Made by a program: the position numbers and the translations under genes. Below, one piece after another: positions 36,845 through 45,740 of a DNA stretch of 64,000 bases. Each line of letters opens with the position of its first letter. Within the stretch, counting starts at the first letter, position 1. The DNA lies in the NCBI GenBank assembly GCA_015233335.1, contig JADFXX010000012.1, positions 50 to 64,049 of the forward strand, read 5' to 3'. The stretch comes from Candidatus Omnitrophota bacterium (lineage in GTDB: Bacteria; Omnitrophota; Gorgyraeia; Zapsychrales; Fredricksoniimonadaceae). Below the pieces are notes generated by a model, which was not told the origin of the DNA, did no database searches, and was given only the letters and a program-made list of their open reading frames with translations.

Positions 36845-37946
36845 TTCTTTCAGACAAAACCGTCATTAAAAGTGGCGGAACCGCATTTCCTATCTGGCCA
36901 GCTTTCTGCGTAAACGTTCCTGTAAATCTAAAATCATCCGAGAAGGACTGTATGCGAGCGGCCTCTCGCATAGTTAATGTTCTAACTTCTCTTGGGTGAG
37001 AATATCTGCCAGACCCTGGATGAAAAACCCATCGAGTTATTGTTGGAGACACCATTTCAAAATCTAATCTTCCATAGGCTCCGCTATAACCACCAAGGGG
37101 CCTAATTCTTGCTGGTAAGTCTTTAATGCCTTGTCCTGGTTTTAAAGATTTGATTCTTTGATACTGCAAACTTTTCAATTTTCTAGTAGCGTGATCCCAT
37201 AAAATATGTGAATCTCGACGCATAAATTCCTGATATTCATTCTGAGGAGTTTTATCATAATCCATTGATTCAGCCCCCTCTCCGTTTTCTAAAACAGGCA
37301 GATCAGATATTGCATCCCAAGCCGAAACATATTTCTTTTGTTCTCCAAAAAACGTATCTCTTTCTTCCTCTCCATGGGTCTTTTCTGGGAAATGCGGATC
37401 AATCCCCGTATTTGAAGCAAAAAACACGCACCGCCTTCTCTTTTGAGGCACTCCATACTCATGCGTTTGAATAACCTTCACGGCAACTTTATATCCCATT
37501 TTGGACAATACACTTATTATTTCTTCCCTAACTTCTCCATTATAGGCATTATTTATTTCTGCAACATTCTCCATAATTACCACTTTGGGACGAAACCAAT
37601 CAACAAATAACAAATATTCTTTAAATAAAAGATTCCTCGGGTCTTCCATAAAACGATATGCAGCGGGAACATTCTTAGAAAACCCCTGACAAGGAGGCCC
37701 TCCAATTATGCAATCTAAATCTGTTTTCTTAAGAATAGGAATCTTTTTTAATAAATCCCCAGGCTTTAATTCTGTCAAATTTGCGTTAATAGCTATCGCT
37801 TCAGGGTGATTTAATTGGAAGGTATTTAAAGCGGGTTCCCAAGTATCTATACCCGCCACAACATTGAAGCCGTTTTTATGCAGCCCCCAAGACATCCCAC
37901 CACAACCGCAAAAAAGATCTAAAACGGTAAATTTTTTCATATGCAA
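36804..37946 (-). CDS. DNA (cytosine-5)-methyltransferase
   Basis: Motif I DLFCGCGG, motif IV GGPPCQGFS, motif VI MENV, motif VIII QKRRR, motif X GNAVPP. Confidence 0.95.
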   Translation of the reverse strand: MHMKKFTVLDLFCGCGGMSWGLHKNGFNVVAGIDTWEPALNTFQLNHPEAIAINANLTELKPGDLLKKIPILKKTDLDCIIGGPPCQGFSKNVPAAYRFMEDPRNLLFKEYLLFVDWFRPKVVIMENVAEINNAYNGEVREEIISVLSKMGYKVAVKVIQTHEYGVPQKRRRCVFFASNTGIDPHFPEKTHGEEERDTFFGEQKKYVSAWDAISDLPVLENGEGAESMDYDKTPQNEYQEFMRRDSHILWDHATRKLKSLQYQRIKSLKPGQGIKDLPARIRPLGGYSGAYGRLDFEMVSPTITRWVFHPGSGRYSHPREVRTLTMREAARIQSFSDDFRFTGTFTQKAGQIGNAVPPLLMTVLSERIMECCLGGSLVSR

Positions 37947-38195
37947 TGCCCCATTCTTTTTTAATTTTATAGTTACTTCACTGTTCTAACAAGCAGTATT
38001 TTGCCTACATTTTTTTAATCCTTCCAGCCTCCTTTCCTCCGCAGCTTTAAAATGTGCATGGATCTCCCAATGATCACATTTCGAATCACGGTCATTGTTA
38101 TAATTTTGAGATTTCTAACTGTGAGGCAAAGGCCTTCCCTAAGGGGATAAAATATGGAGTTGATACACACATGGTTGGGGAAACCAGCGTTTGAA

Positions 38196-39287
38196 TTATA
38201 ACACCGCCAATTTTGTAATAGCAAGGGCTTTTTGCCTCCCTTCTTCTGTCGTCTTGACGTAAGACATAAAACTTTCGATGTCCACATGGCCAGTCACGGC
38301 CATTGCATCCTTAAGATTAATCCCTGAATTTAGAAGCCGATTTACAACGAAGTATCTAAAGCAATGCGGAGAGATTTCACTTAAATTATATCGCTCGCAA
38401 ACCCGCTTTAAGAAATCCCGATAGGTATTGGAACAAATCTTCCGCTGTGCAAAATTGGTGAATAGGCATTTCTGCTCCGGGTGCTTGTTTAAAGCTCTTT
38501 TAACAATCCCGGCCAGTTCATCATCCATTGGGACTTCTCCCATGTCCTTTGTCTTGGTAATCTCTGGCCGCACGACAATCTTTATCGGCATTTTTTTATC
38601 GTCAAGAAGCACATCACTCTTTTCATATAGTGTCGCCTCTTCAATACGACGGCCAACCCTAACCAGAAACATTGTCAATTCTTCATAGCTTGGGTCTCCG
38701 ACGACCGCATTTAAAATCGTTTTAATTTCATAATCCGTCGGCAAATGTTTCTTCTCAGGTCTGGCCAACCTTTGCGGTATCTTCTCAACCTTCTTAAAGG
38801 GATTTTCACTGATGAAGCCGTACTCTTTAAACAGCTTAAAAATTGCCCTTAACTTTGAAATATCGGTATTAATCCCCGAAGGGGATTTGTCCTTTAAAGA
38901 CAACAAATATTCCTTGTACCGATTGCCTATATCGGCTGTCACCTGATTAACCAATGTTACAGTCGAATACTTCTGTCTTAAAAAATCTGCCAGATGATTA
39001 AAAATGCACTTCGACCTCTGTCTGGTTTTGGCCTGAAGGATTTTCTCAGTCTGACTCAGGTAATAATCAATGGCGGCCTTAAGTGAAACCCCGGCAGCTA
39101 TGCGTTCGATTGAGCGTAGCCCGGCAGTGGCCATACGCTGCAAACGTATTGCATAGGCCTCCGCCTCGGTGTTCGCTTTTATGGTTTCACTATACCTTTT
39201 ACCATTTACGTAATAGTTAATCTCAAACGAACATTCCCCACGCTGACGAACACCGGCATACCTCTTATATCTGCGCTTGTTTGTCAT
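38196..39287 (-). CDS. int: Tyrosine recombinase/integrase
   Basis: VGRRIEE (box I Arg), HCFRYF (HxxR), TGHVDIESFMSYV (His...Tyr). N-terminus RYKRYAGVRQR is typical of phage integrases. Start taken at MTNKRR (ATG at 39287). Confidence 0.9.
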   Translation of the reverse strand: MTNKRRYKRYAGVRQRGECSFEINYYVNGKRYSETIKANTEAEAYAIRLQRMATAGLRSIERIAAGVSLKAAIDYYLSQTEKILQAKTRQRSKCIFNHLADFLRQKYSTVTLVNQVTADIGNRYKEYLLSLKDKSPSGINTDISKLRAIFKLFKEYGFISENPFKKVEKIPQRLARPEKKHLPTDYEIKTILNAVVGDPSYEELTMFLVRVGRRIEEATLYEKSDVLLDDKKMPIKIVVRPEITKTKDMGEVPMDDELAGIVKRALNKHPEQKCLFTNFAQRKICSNTYRDFLKRVCERYNLSEISPHCFRYFVVNRLLNSGINLKDAMAVTGHVDIESFMSYVKTTEEGRQKALAITKLAVL

Positions 39288-39459
39288 CCTTGAGATGTTT
39301 CCGTTCAAATTCCACCCTAGCATCATGTGGAATACGGTAATGGCGACCGATTTTAAGGGCCCCTTTGAACTGGTTTTCCCGAATCATTTTCCAAACCGTG
39401 GTCTTGGGAATCTGGTAAAGCTGTGATAAAACCTCTGGCGTATAAAACGTGCTTGTCAT
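39265..39459 (-). CDS. xis: Excisionase/AlpA-like helix-turn-helix DNA-binding protein
   Basis: YTPEVLSQLYQIPKTTVWKMIRENQFKGALKIGRHYRI matches the excisionase-family HTH pattern; lies directly upstream of int and overlaps it. Confidence 0.7.
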   Translation of the reverse strand: MTSTFYTPEVLSQLYQIPKTTVWKMIRENQFKGALKIGRHYRIPHDARVEFERKHLKDDKQAQI

Positions 39460-39695
39460 GGCATTTCCTCCAAATTTATAGAACTTTTTTGATACCAATC
39501 ACGGTCAAGGACATTTTCCCCTTCGCTACAATAATCTATTAACCCAAGATGCCTTAGGCAATCAATGCACCAAACACGATAATCATATAAAAACACTTCT
39601 TTTACTACTACGCCCCTTTTATTAACTAACAAAACTTCACATTCACCGCATGATCGTTCTAAATGATGTCTTACTCTGCCGCTATTCATAAACAT
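39456..39695 (-). CDS. Small Cys-rich hypothetical protein (zinc-finger-like)
   Basis: CGEC ... CIDC cysteine pairs; 4-nt overlap with xis. Confidence 0.4.
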   Translation of the reverse strand: MFMNSGRVRHHLERSCGECEVLLVNKRGVVVKEVFLYDYRVWCIDCLRHLGLIDYCSEGENVLDRDWYQKSSINLEEMP

Positions 39696-39704
39696 GCCCC
39701 CTTT

Positions 39705-40013
39705 TTAGATTGTTCCTTCCATTGCCTCAGCGAGCGTATGGTCGCCGAAATAGAGATCCCGCTCAATGCCAAGACCTAAACGACCTTTAACAGCTTCTAA
39801 CTCATCCAAACTAAAATAACCCATCTCTACCTCATGGCCCCGAACAAGCCCAAAGAAAATACGCTCAACCGGGTCATACTCTGTCGCGTACCATGTCCAA
39901 CTGCCGCATGGGTCAAAAAATTTTGCGATAATTTTTACCTCCTTTGGTTTTTTGTCCTCCATCGCATAAAGCGGTGGGAACCGCGCTTCAAGCTCTTTTG
40001 TTATTAATTCCAT
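39705..40013 (-). CDS. DUF2958-like protein
   Basis: PPLYAMEDKKPKEVKIIAKFFDPCGSWTWYATEYDP..FFGLV.G.E.E.GYFSLDEL matches my recollection of the DUF2958 consensus. Confidence 0.5.
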   Translation of the reverse strand: MELITKELEARFPPLYAMEDKKPKEVKIIAKFFDPCGSWTWYATEYDPVERIFFGLVRGHEVEMGYFSLDELEAVKGRLGLGIERDLYFGDHTLAEAMEGTI

Positions 40014-40116
40014 TTCGTCCTCCCGTTTAGATACCCCTTACAATTAGGCCAAAAACGATAGTAGTGGCCCCTACATTGCGACCAAATATGCCCCACCCCC
40101 TTCCCCCCTTTGTTCA

Positions 40117-40344
40117 CTAACTGGAACCTTGTTTAAACCGAGAGAACTCCTCAAGGGTGTACTCCTTTTCTAATTCAAAATCGTTAAGCTCATCGCTCTT
40201 TATAATTGCCCTACATCTCGGGACATAAAACTCAAATAATATAATTTTCCCTTCTTCCGGCCCTGCCGCCATGGCCCGGAAAAGAATCTCCCACTCCTCG
40301 ATGGTACATTTTAAATTGTCACAATCCATCCCAAACAGTTCCAT
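40117..40344 (-). CDS. Hypothetical small protein
   Basis: 75-aa ORF co-oriented with the island genes; no motif. Confidence 0.35.
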   Translation of the reverse strand: MELFGMDCDNLKCTIEEWEILFRAMAAGPEEGKIILFEFYVPRCRAIIKSDELNDFELEKEYTLEEFSRFKQGSS

Positions 40345-40460
40345 ACATCCCCCCTTTTTGATCTAACCCGTATAACTGCATTACGTTAAAAGGCTTCACT
40401 ATCTTAATTTGACTGTTCCCTTCCTTTTTTTAATCCGTTTCAGGCAACCGGATGTTTAGT

Positions 40461-40640
40461 ACAACAGGGGCAAAACAAAATGGCATATAAAGGCAAAACA
40501 GCAAAACAAACAGCGACATGTAGCTAAAAACAACAAAAAATGCGACCTGAAACAACAAACAGCCACGAAAAGCCACAATAAGGAAAAACAGTAAAACAAA
40601 CAGACACACACAGGCAAAAAGATAGCAACAGGCAAAACAA
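40461..40640. repeat. A/C-rich, T-poor iteron-like repeat region (candidate island origin or regulatory region)
   Basis: Only 11 T in 180 nt (hand count). GGCAAAAC at 40469, 40492 and 40631, with variant GGCAAAAA at 40613. AAAACAAACAG at 40503 and 40593. Confidence 0.45.
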
Positions 40641-40786
40641 AACGCTATTTAACGCTACAAATTTTTCCTTTTCTTGGATCTTTGTCCTCCATTCCTAATC
40701 GGGACTTTGGGACGTTCGGGACGTTTTGTAACAAGTTTTCAGCACAGCATCACTTAATTTCACCACTTCAACTTAGACGGCTTTAA

Positions 40787-43105
40787 TCAACCTCCCGAAC
40801 CTCCAGACCTCCCTTTAACTTTTACTTTTATTGTTTTGATTTTTTCAACCATCTTTTGATCCGATGAAGCAACCCCCGTGTCACAGACTTCCAAAAAATA
40901 CGCAGTCGTATGATTGATTGCTCTGCCAGCTTTTCTGACCTTTAAAGTTAAAAGCAGCTCTTTGTGCCTGATTTCAAAGGTGCGATCTTTGAGCCTCGAT
41001 AAAAAGAATCCAAACCGTGTGCGTTGACTGCGTTCATTTGTTGAGGGCCCCAAATCGATATCAATTTCCTCATTGTCCTGAATTAGGTCGTACAAATTAC
41101 CAGTCATAACCTCGTCCGTTTTATAAAGGTCGTACCAAAAATAAACAAAAGCCTTCAGATTCTCTTTTTCAGAATTCACTTCCGAGTAGAAATCCTTTAA
41201 ATTTTCTAGAAATCCGTCAACCTTGACTGTTTCGAGCAAACCTCCACCCTTCGCAGACCAATCTTCAAACATGCCGAGAGATTTTTTTGATCTCGGCATC
41301 CCCCTGCTAATCCAAAATTGAACGATTGTGCATATGGCCCAAATCAACTGGGCCCTATTTTTACTGACCCATTCCAGTAAATTGGGATGTTTGAATGTAT
41401 TTGGATTCCGTAAATGAGGGTTCTCCATTCGTGCGTCCATTCTCAATCTGATTGATCGCCGGGTAATTTCATCTGACAATTGAGGATTGTTGGCGGTAGC
41501 AATGAAGATCGCCCTGACTAAAATCTGAATGTGCTCAGACTTTCCAAGCAATCGATCGCCCCACTGGGTTTCAGTCAACAATGACGCAAGAAGCCCTGAG
41601 CGTAATTCTTTGCTTAAGTTATCGATGACCACAATTTGCGGGTAGTTGCGAAGGACAGATGTAACGCGCTTTCTAAATTCTTCCTCATTGTGGCTCTCCG
41701 TCAAAGAACTGTAATTGTGGGTTCCTGTACAGATAGTTGCTATGCTCTGTACCAAGAGTGTTGCACCTGTTCCCGGTGTACTTTTTTCGATTAAGAAGAG
41801 CGGGCAAGGTCCTTTTATCATCTCTCTAATAAAAGGAAGCATCAGTAGCAAGAATGCATGTGCTAAATCCGAATGACTGATGAAGGGAAAATCAACAAAC
41901 AGGTTTTCCAAAATAAATTGCTTAGCCTTTTCAACCTCTTGCCACGACGGACTTTGACTGACTGGAACGATTTGAAGAAGGTCAGGATAACAATGGTATA
42001 GACCGCTTCGCCTGCTATATCCCTGCTGGATTTCTAAAATACCGTCTTTGGTGAATAGTGGCCCCTGACAAATTCCGTTTAATAGAGGGAATTCCAGTTG
42101 TGGGGTGGCCAAAAGATCGCGAATGTGATTCAAAGAAGGAATTGCAAGGGTCAATTCACCAAATTTGTCATAGGCCATCCAAGCGGTCAGTCTACAAAGA
42201 TGGTATCGAAGCCGGTATTCATCTAACGGTGTAACCAAGGGCCTACCTTCAGGGCCAAGTTCTACCCTGACAGGTTGATTGCCTTGTAAAAAAATGAACG
42301 GGGCCTGACTGTTAGCCTTGGCTATCGATTCCAACGCCTTTTGAGAAAAATAAACCAAATCATTCTTGGGCAGGACAATTTCCGGTATTCTTTCAAACTC
42401 AAACTTTTTGGCGTTCTTGACAAGTTCATCAAAGGCTTTAATATCATTCTTAACAACAAACTCATCTGGCTTTTCCCCCACAGGCATATCAATTACATAA
42501 ACCTCTGCGCCAAGTTCAACCAATGTTTGAGCAAGACGATCTTGAGCGAGAAGAACTTGGGGATTAAGCGTCTTATCGCCGTCGTAGCAAATGAACGCTT
42601 TGCGTCCTTTAAATTTAATCCTTTTAAGTTCTCTTGCGGGTCTTTTTTGATTAAGGAAACCCCAAACTCCGCTGAATCCAATCGCGAAACGCTCATTCTG
42701 CGTTAACGCCAAGGCTTTCTTTTCGCCCTCGACGAAAAATAGTGGAATGTTTGCATCATCTATGATTTCAAAAGTTCTCTTGGGAATGTACGGCATTACC
42801 CTGACATTTCTGGGCCGCATGTAACGCTTCTTCTTGCCGTCCTTCCCTGTCAGAGGAACGTCCAAACGGATGTTAAAAACTTCCTGTGAGTATTTGCCTA
42901 TCTCCTCAAGGTATGGAAAACGTAAACCACTGCCAATCGGGGCTCGAAGCCCCAAACAGTTCATCACCTCTTTTTCATTTACATAACGTACATCATTTTC
43001 AACGATTGTCTGACATATCAACCCCGACACTTTGTTCAAATCATAAAATTGTTGCGGATTTACAATACCTTTTAATTCAGCTGGAACAGACCCATATATT
43101 TTCAT
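40787..43105 (-). CDS. Toprim (DUF3854-like) + P-loop NTPase replication protein (primase/helicase-like)
   Basis: FFVEGEKKALAL and ICYDGDK (Toprim Glu and DxD). Downstream EKSTPGTGATLL (Walker A-like) and IVVIDNL (Walker B-like). Confidence 0.6.
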   Translation of the reverse strand: MKIYGSVPAELKGIVNPQQFYDLNKVSGLICQTIVENDVRYVNEKEVMNCLGLRAPIGSGLRFPYLEEIGKYSQEVFNIRLDVPLTGKDGKKKRYMRPRNVRVMPYIPKRTFEIIDDANIPLFFVEGEKKALALTQNERFAIGFSGVWGFLNQKRPARELKRIKFKGRKAFICYDGDKTLNPQVLLAQDRLAQTLVELGAEVYVIDMPVGEKPDEFVVKNDIKAFDELVKNAKKFEFERIPEIVLPKNDLVYFSQKALESIAKANSQAPFIFLQGNQPVRVELGPEGRPLVTPLDEYRLRYHLCRLTAWMAYDKFGELTLAIPSLNHIRDLLATPQLEFPLLNGICQGPLFTKDGILEIQQGYSRRSGLYHCYPDLLQIVPVSQSPSWQEVEKAKQFILENLFVDFPFISHSDLAHAFLLLMLPFIREMIKGPCPLFLIEKSTPGTGATLLVQSIATICTGTHNYSSLTESHNEEEFRKRVTSVLRNYPQIVVIDNLSKELRSGLLASLLTETQWGDRLLGKSEHIQILVRAIFIATANNPQLSDEITRRSIRLRMDARMENPHLRNPNTFKHPNLLEWVSKNRAQLIWAICTIVQFWISRGMPRSKKSLGMFEDWSAKGGGLLETVKVDGFLENLKDFYSEVNSEKENLKAFVYFWYDLYKTDEVMTGNLYDLIQDNEEIDIDLGPSTNERSQRTRFGFFLSRLKDRTFEIRHKELLLTLKVRKAGRAINHTTAYFLEVCDTGVASSDQKMVEKIKTIKVKVKGRSGGSGG

Positions 43106-43202
43106 CCTCTCTCCCCCTGTTATCTAATTGACTTTGATGCTTTAATTTGATACAAATAAATAGGCTCTTGGGCATACAAATTGACTCGAGCATTTTTACC
43201 TT

Positions 43203-43242
43203 AGCCCCTCTGCGACCCTAGGAAGTTCGGAGGGGCTTTTTC
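43203..43242 (+). terminator. Plus-strand intrinsic terminator-like hairpin 1
   Basis: AGCCCCTC-N19-GAGGGGCT, followed by a 5-T run that begins with the last T of the stem. Confidence 0.45.
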
Positions 43243-43248
43243 GTTATT

Positions 43249-43274
43249 GCCCCCCAGTCACCCAGGGGGCTTTT
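43249..43274 (+). terminator. Plus-strand terminator-like hairpin 2
   Basis: GCCCCC-N10-GGGGGC followed by TTTT. Confidence 0.35.
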
Positions 43275-43451
43275 AAAAAACTGAGTCGTCGTTTTAGCTC
43301 CCTCGGGCATTCACCCTCAGCAAACATAGGAAGCTCCAACCTCAGCAGCTCTAAGTATTTCATACTTTTTGTTACCAGACAATCTATGTACTATTGTCTG
43401 GCAACATTAAGCACAAAAAAATTTATTATTTATCCATCTCTGGCAACCTCC

Positions 43452-44231
43452 CTAAAGCTTCCTGATCTCTTTCATCGCGTTAGCCCGCAACTTATTGCCT
43501 CCCCGTGCTTTTCTCCAATATGGTTCATAACAACTATCGGAACTGCAAGTCAAATTGTTTTGCTTTACTGATAAAAACCATTTATTACACTCCGGGTTTT
43601 GACAACGCATTATTCTTTCTTTTTTCCCAAAGACTATGCCTTGAACATATTTAAACAATCCATTTGCAAAGACAGGCCCTGCTGTTTCATCATCAACTGG
43701 ATAGGAGGGGCTACCTACACAAAAACGATTAGAGAATGATGCTAGTTGCAAATGTGGCAATGCCTGTTTATTTCTTTTTTTGATCTTTCCCATTATTTCC
43801 TTATAAAGATCCGCAATAGTCGACCGTTCTTTTTCAATCGCTTTGGTTTTTAAACCTAATTTCGTATCAGCAGCAAACTCAACCTGTACATAAAATGGAT
43901 AATGTTTAAGCACCTTATTTAATTTTTCGATTAATTGAATAGGATAGGCCTTTCGACTGAGCACAAGTCTCGTTGGCACCGTCTTACCTTTATGGTTGGG
44001 GATACTAACAATGTCTACAAATTGCTCTAAAATCTGGAAACATTCTTCAATGTCAGCCTTAAGTTTGGGGTTTTTTAATCTTAATTTTTGACTCTCAAAA
44101 TCATTTAACATATCCACAAACAAATATGGCAAAATTTCAGATCGAAAACATTTAATCGCTTTTAGCCGTCCCTTCAATTCACTTTCGGACAATGGCTGCC
44201 CCCCTTTAATTAACCCATCTCTTTTTTTCAT
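43452..44231 (-). CDS. Hypothetical protein with C-terminal zinc-ribbon-like motif
   Basis: 259-aa ORF; C-terminus CQNPECNKWF...CSSDSC. Confidence 0.45.
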   Translation of the reverse strand: MKKRDGLIKGGQPLSESELKGRLKAIKCFRSEILPYLFVDMLNDFESQKLRLKNPKLKADIEECFQILEQFVDIVSIPNHKGKTVPTRLVLSRKAYPIQLIEKLNKVLKHYPFYVQVEFAADTKLGLKTKAIEKERSTIADLYKEIMGKIKKRNKQALPHLQLASFSNRFCVGSPSYPVDDETAGPVFANGLFKYVQGIVFGKKERIMRCQNPECNKWFLSVKQNNLTCSSDSCYEPYWRKARGGNKLRANAMKEIRKL

Positions 44232-44302
44232 ACTAAATTTCCTTTCTTACCTCCTACCCACAACAAACAATCGAACGTTTTTTTGTTCCTAATGTTCCCC
44301 TT

Positions 44303-44851
44303 TTAGAATACCCCTAATTTCCGGGGGGAGGATTTTTTGGTCTTAGTATAGCGCAAAAAGTAACCTGATTTGCTTCTTTGGCCCCGGTCTTTGCTCCCTG
44401 CGGGCCTTCCCAGCGTCTTTCCTTGCCGTAGCGCCCTCGCTAAGCCGTCCTTTGTCCTTGCTACAATGAGCTCTCGCTCATACTCTGCCAAAACCATTAG
44501 CATTTTTAAAAACATCCGTCCTTCTGGCGTGCTGGTGTTGATGTTCTGGGAAAGGGAAATAAAGTTGACGCCCCGGTTCTGAAATTCTTCAAACAGATTA
44601 AGAAGATGTTTTAAGCTGCGGCCCACGCGGTCAAGTTTGTAGCAAACAACACAGTCAATTATCCCTGCGCGCATGTCGGCCAGTAATTCTTCAAAGGCGG
44701 GGCGGCTATTGTCTTTACCGCTGAATCCATGGTCGATGTACTCCCGGTGCACTTCATAATTCAGCCGGGAACAGTAATCCTTTAGTGGAATGGTTTGCGT
44801 TTCTGTTTTTTGGTCTTGGCTACTGACCCTTGCATAAATTCCGACGCGCAT
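44303..44851 (-). CDS. Small serine recombinase (resolvase/invertase catalytic domain)
   Basis: MRVGIYARVSSQDQ (catalytic Ser), KLDRVGRS, AEYERELI, GRPAG. The C-terminal 30 aa are basic, with no obvious HTH. Confidence 0.85.
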   Translation of the reverse strand: MRVGIYARVSSQDQKTETQTIPLKDYCSRLNYEVHREYIDHGFSGKDNSRPAFEELLADMRAGIIDCVVCYKLDRVGRSLKHLLNLFEEFQNRGVNFISLSQNINTSTPEGRMFLKMLMVLAEYERELIVARTKDGLARALRQGKTLGRPAGSKDRGQRSKSGYFLRYTKTKKSSPRKLGVF

Positions 44852-44861
44852 TTTCTCCCCC

Positions 44862-44918
44862 CACAAAATAAAACGGGCGAAGCCACAAACTCTGGGGGGA
44901 GTTTAAAACGGCTTCGCC
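44862..44918 (-). terminator. Rho-independent terminator after the 45047..45721 gene
   Basis: Perfect 10-bp stem GGGCGAAGCC/GGCTTCGCCC (44874-44883 and 44909-44918), followed on the minus strand by GTTTTATTTTGTG. Confidence 0.55.
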
Positions 44919-45046
44919 CTAACAAACACAAATCAACAAATCTATCGGCACTCCCCCCAAAATTACCTGCTTAACAACACTTGTTATGACTGATTTTGGG
45001 TTAAATTGCAAAAGAAATTTTATACGATTTAGGAACAACTGCAACC

Positions 45047-45721
45047 CTATGAGGCCGTATCGGTTAAAATACCATTTTTATACACCGTCGAGACAGCCTG
45101 TTTTAACTGACAATATATCTTGCTTCCCGCCGCCCTTGCTGGATGCCGAAAAGGAACAACCCACGCTCCCCTTGCTGTGTCTTTTACAGGCGAATCCTTC
45201 GGGTCCTCAGGGTTTACCTTCAAATCCAAAAGCCAGATCAAATGCTCCATGACCCCGCAAGCAATTATCAAATCCGGCTTGACAGTCTGAATCTGTTCCA
45301 GCAAAAGGTCACGATCTTGATGTGCGTAAGCAGCTATTACCTTAGAATCAACTCTTGCCCCACCACAAGCCTTCTTTAAATTAATCGCGGCAACTTTGGT
45401 TAAAGCTCCCTTTACTACATCCTTATTTAGCGTCTTATACGGCGGAAATTCGTTGAAAATACCCGCAGACCACCGGGCGATGGTATGCCATAATTGATGC
45501 CTGGGGCCGTCTTTTAACCATTCCGGCAAATCCCGAACGCCATGAGAATGATCTTCTACACCACGATTATTTATATCCTTCATAACGAAGAGAATTTTCG
45601 GTTTTGAATTGCAAAAAGCCTCATAACAAATAATGCCGTCTTTACAAATACGCCCGGTATCAATGCCAACTTCTTTATAAAGCTCCCGCCATTTATCCCA
45701 GATAGCATCCATACCAGCCAT
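45047..45721 (-). CDS. Hypothetical protein (224 aa), second gene of a two-gene module
   Basis: ORF 19 nt downstream of the nuclease-like gene. ILFVMKDIN and FRHPARA are faintly reminiscent of uracil-DNA-glycosylase-superfamily motifs (speculative). Confidence 0.4.
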   Translation of the reverse strand: MAGMDAIWDKWRELYKEVGIDTGRICKDGIICYEAFCNSKPKILFVMKDINNRGVEDHSHGVRDLPEWLKDGPRHQLWHTIARWSAGIFNEFPPYKTLNKDVVKGALTKVAAINLKKACGGARVDSKVIAAYAHQDRDLLLEQIQTVKPDLIIACGVMEHLIWLLDLKVNPEDPKDSPVKDTARGAWVVPFRHPARAAGSKIYCQLKQAVSTVYKNGILTDTAS

Positions 45722-45740
45722 TTCTTAATTTAATCAACTC

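Noticed and set aside
38015-38287. 90-aa ORF overlapping the integrase 3' end
   Set aside because: It overlaps int by 92 nt in another frame, has no Shine-Dalgarno sequence or motif, and is an Arg/Lys-rich shadow sequence.
43386-43571. 61-aa plus-strand ORF
   Set aside because: It is antisense to the 3' end of 43452..44231 and spans the intergenic inverted repeat. Low complexity and no ribosome-binding site.
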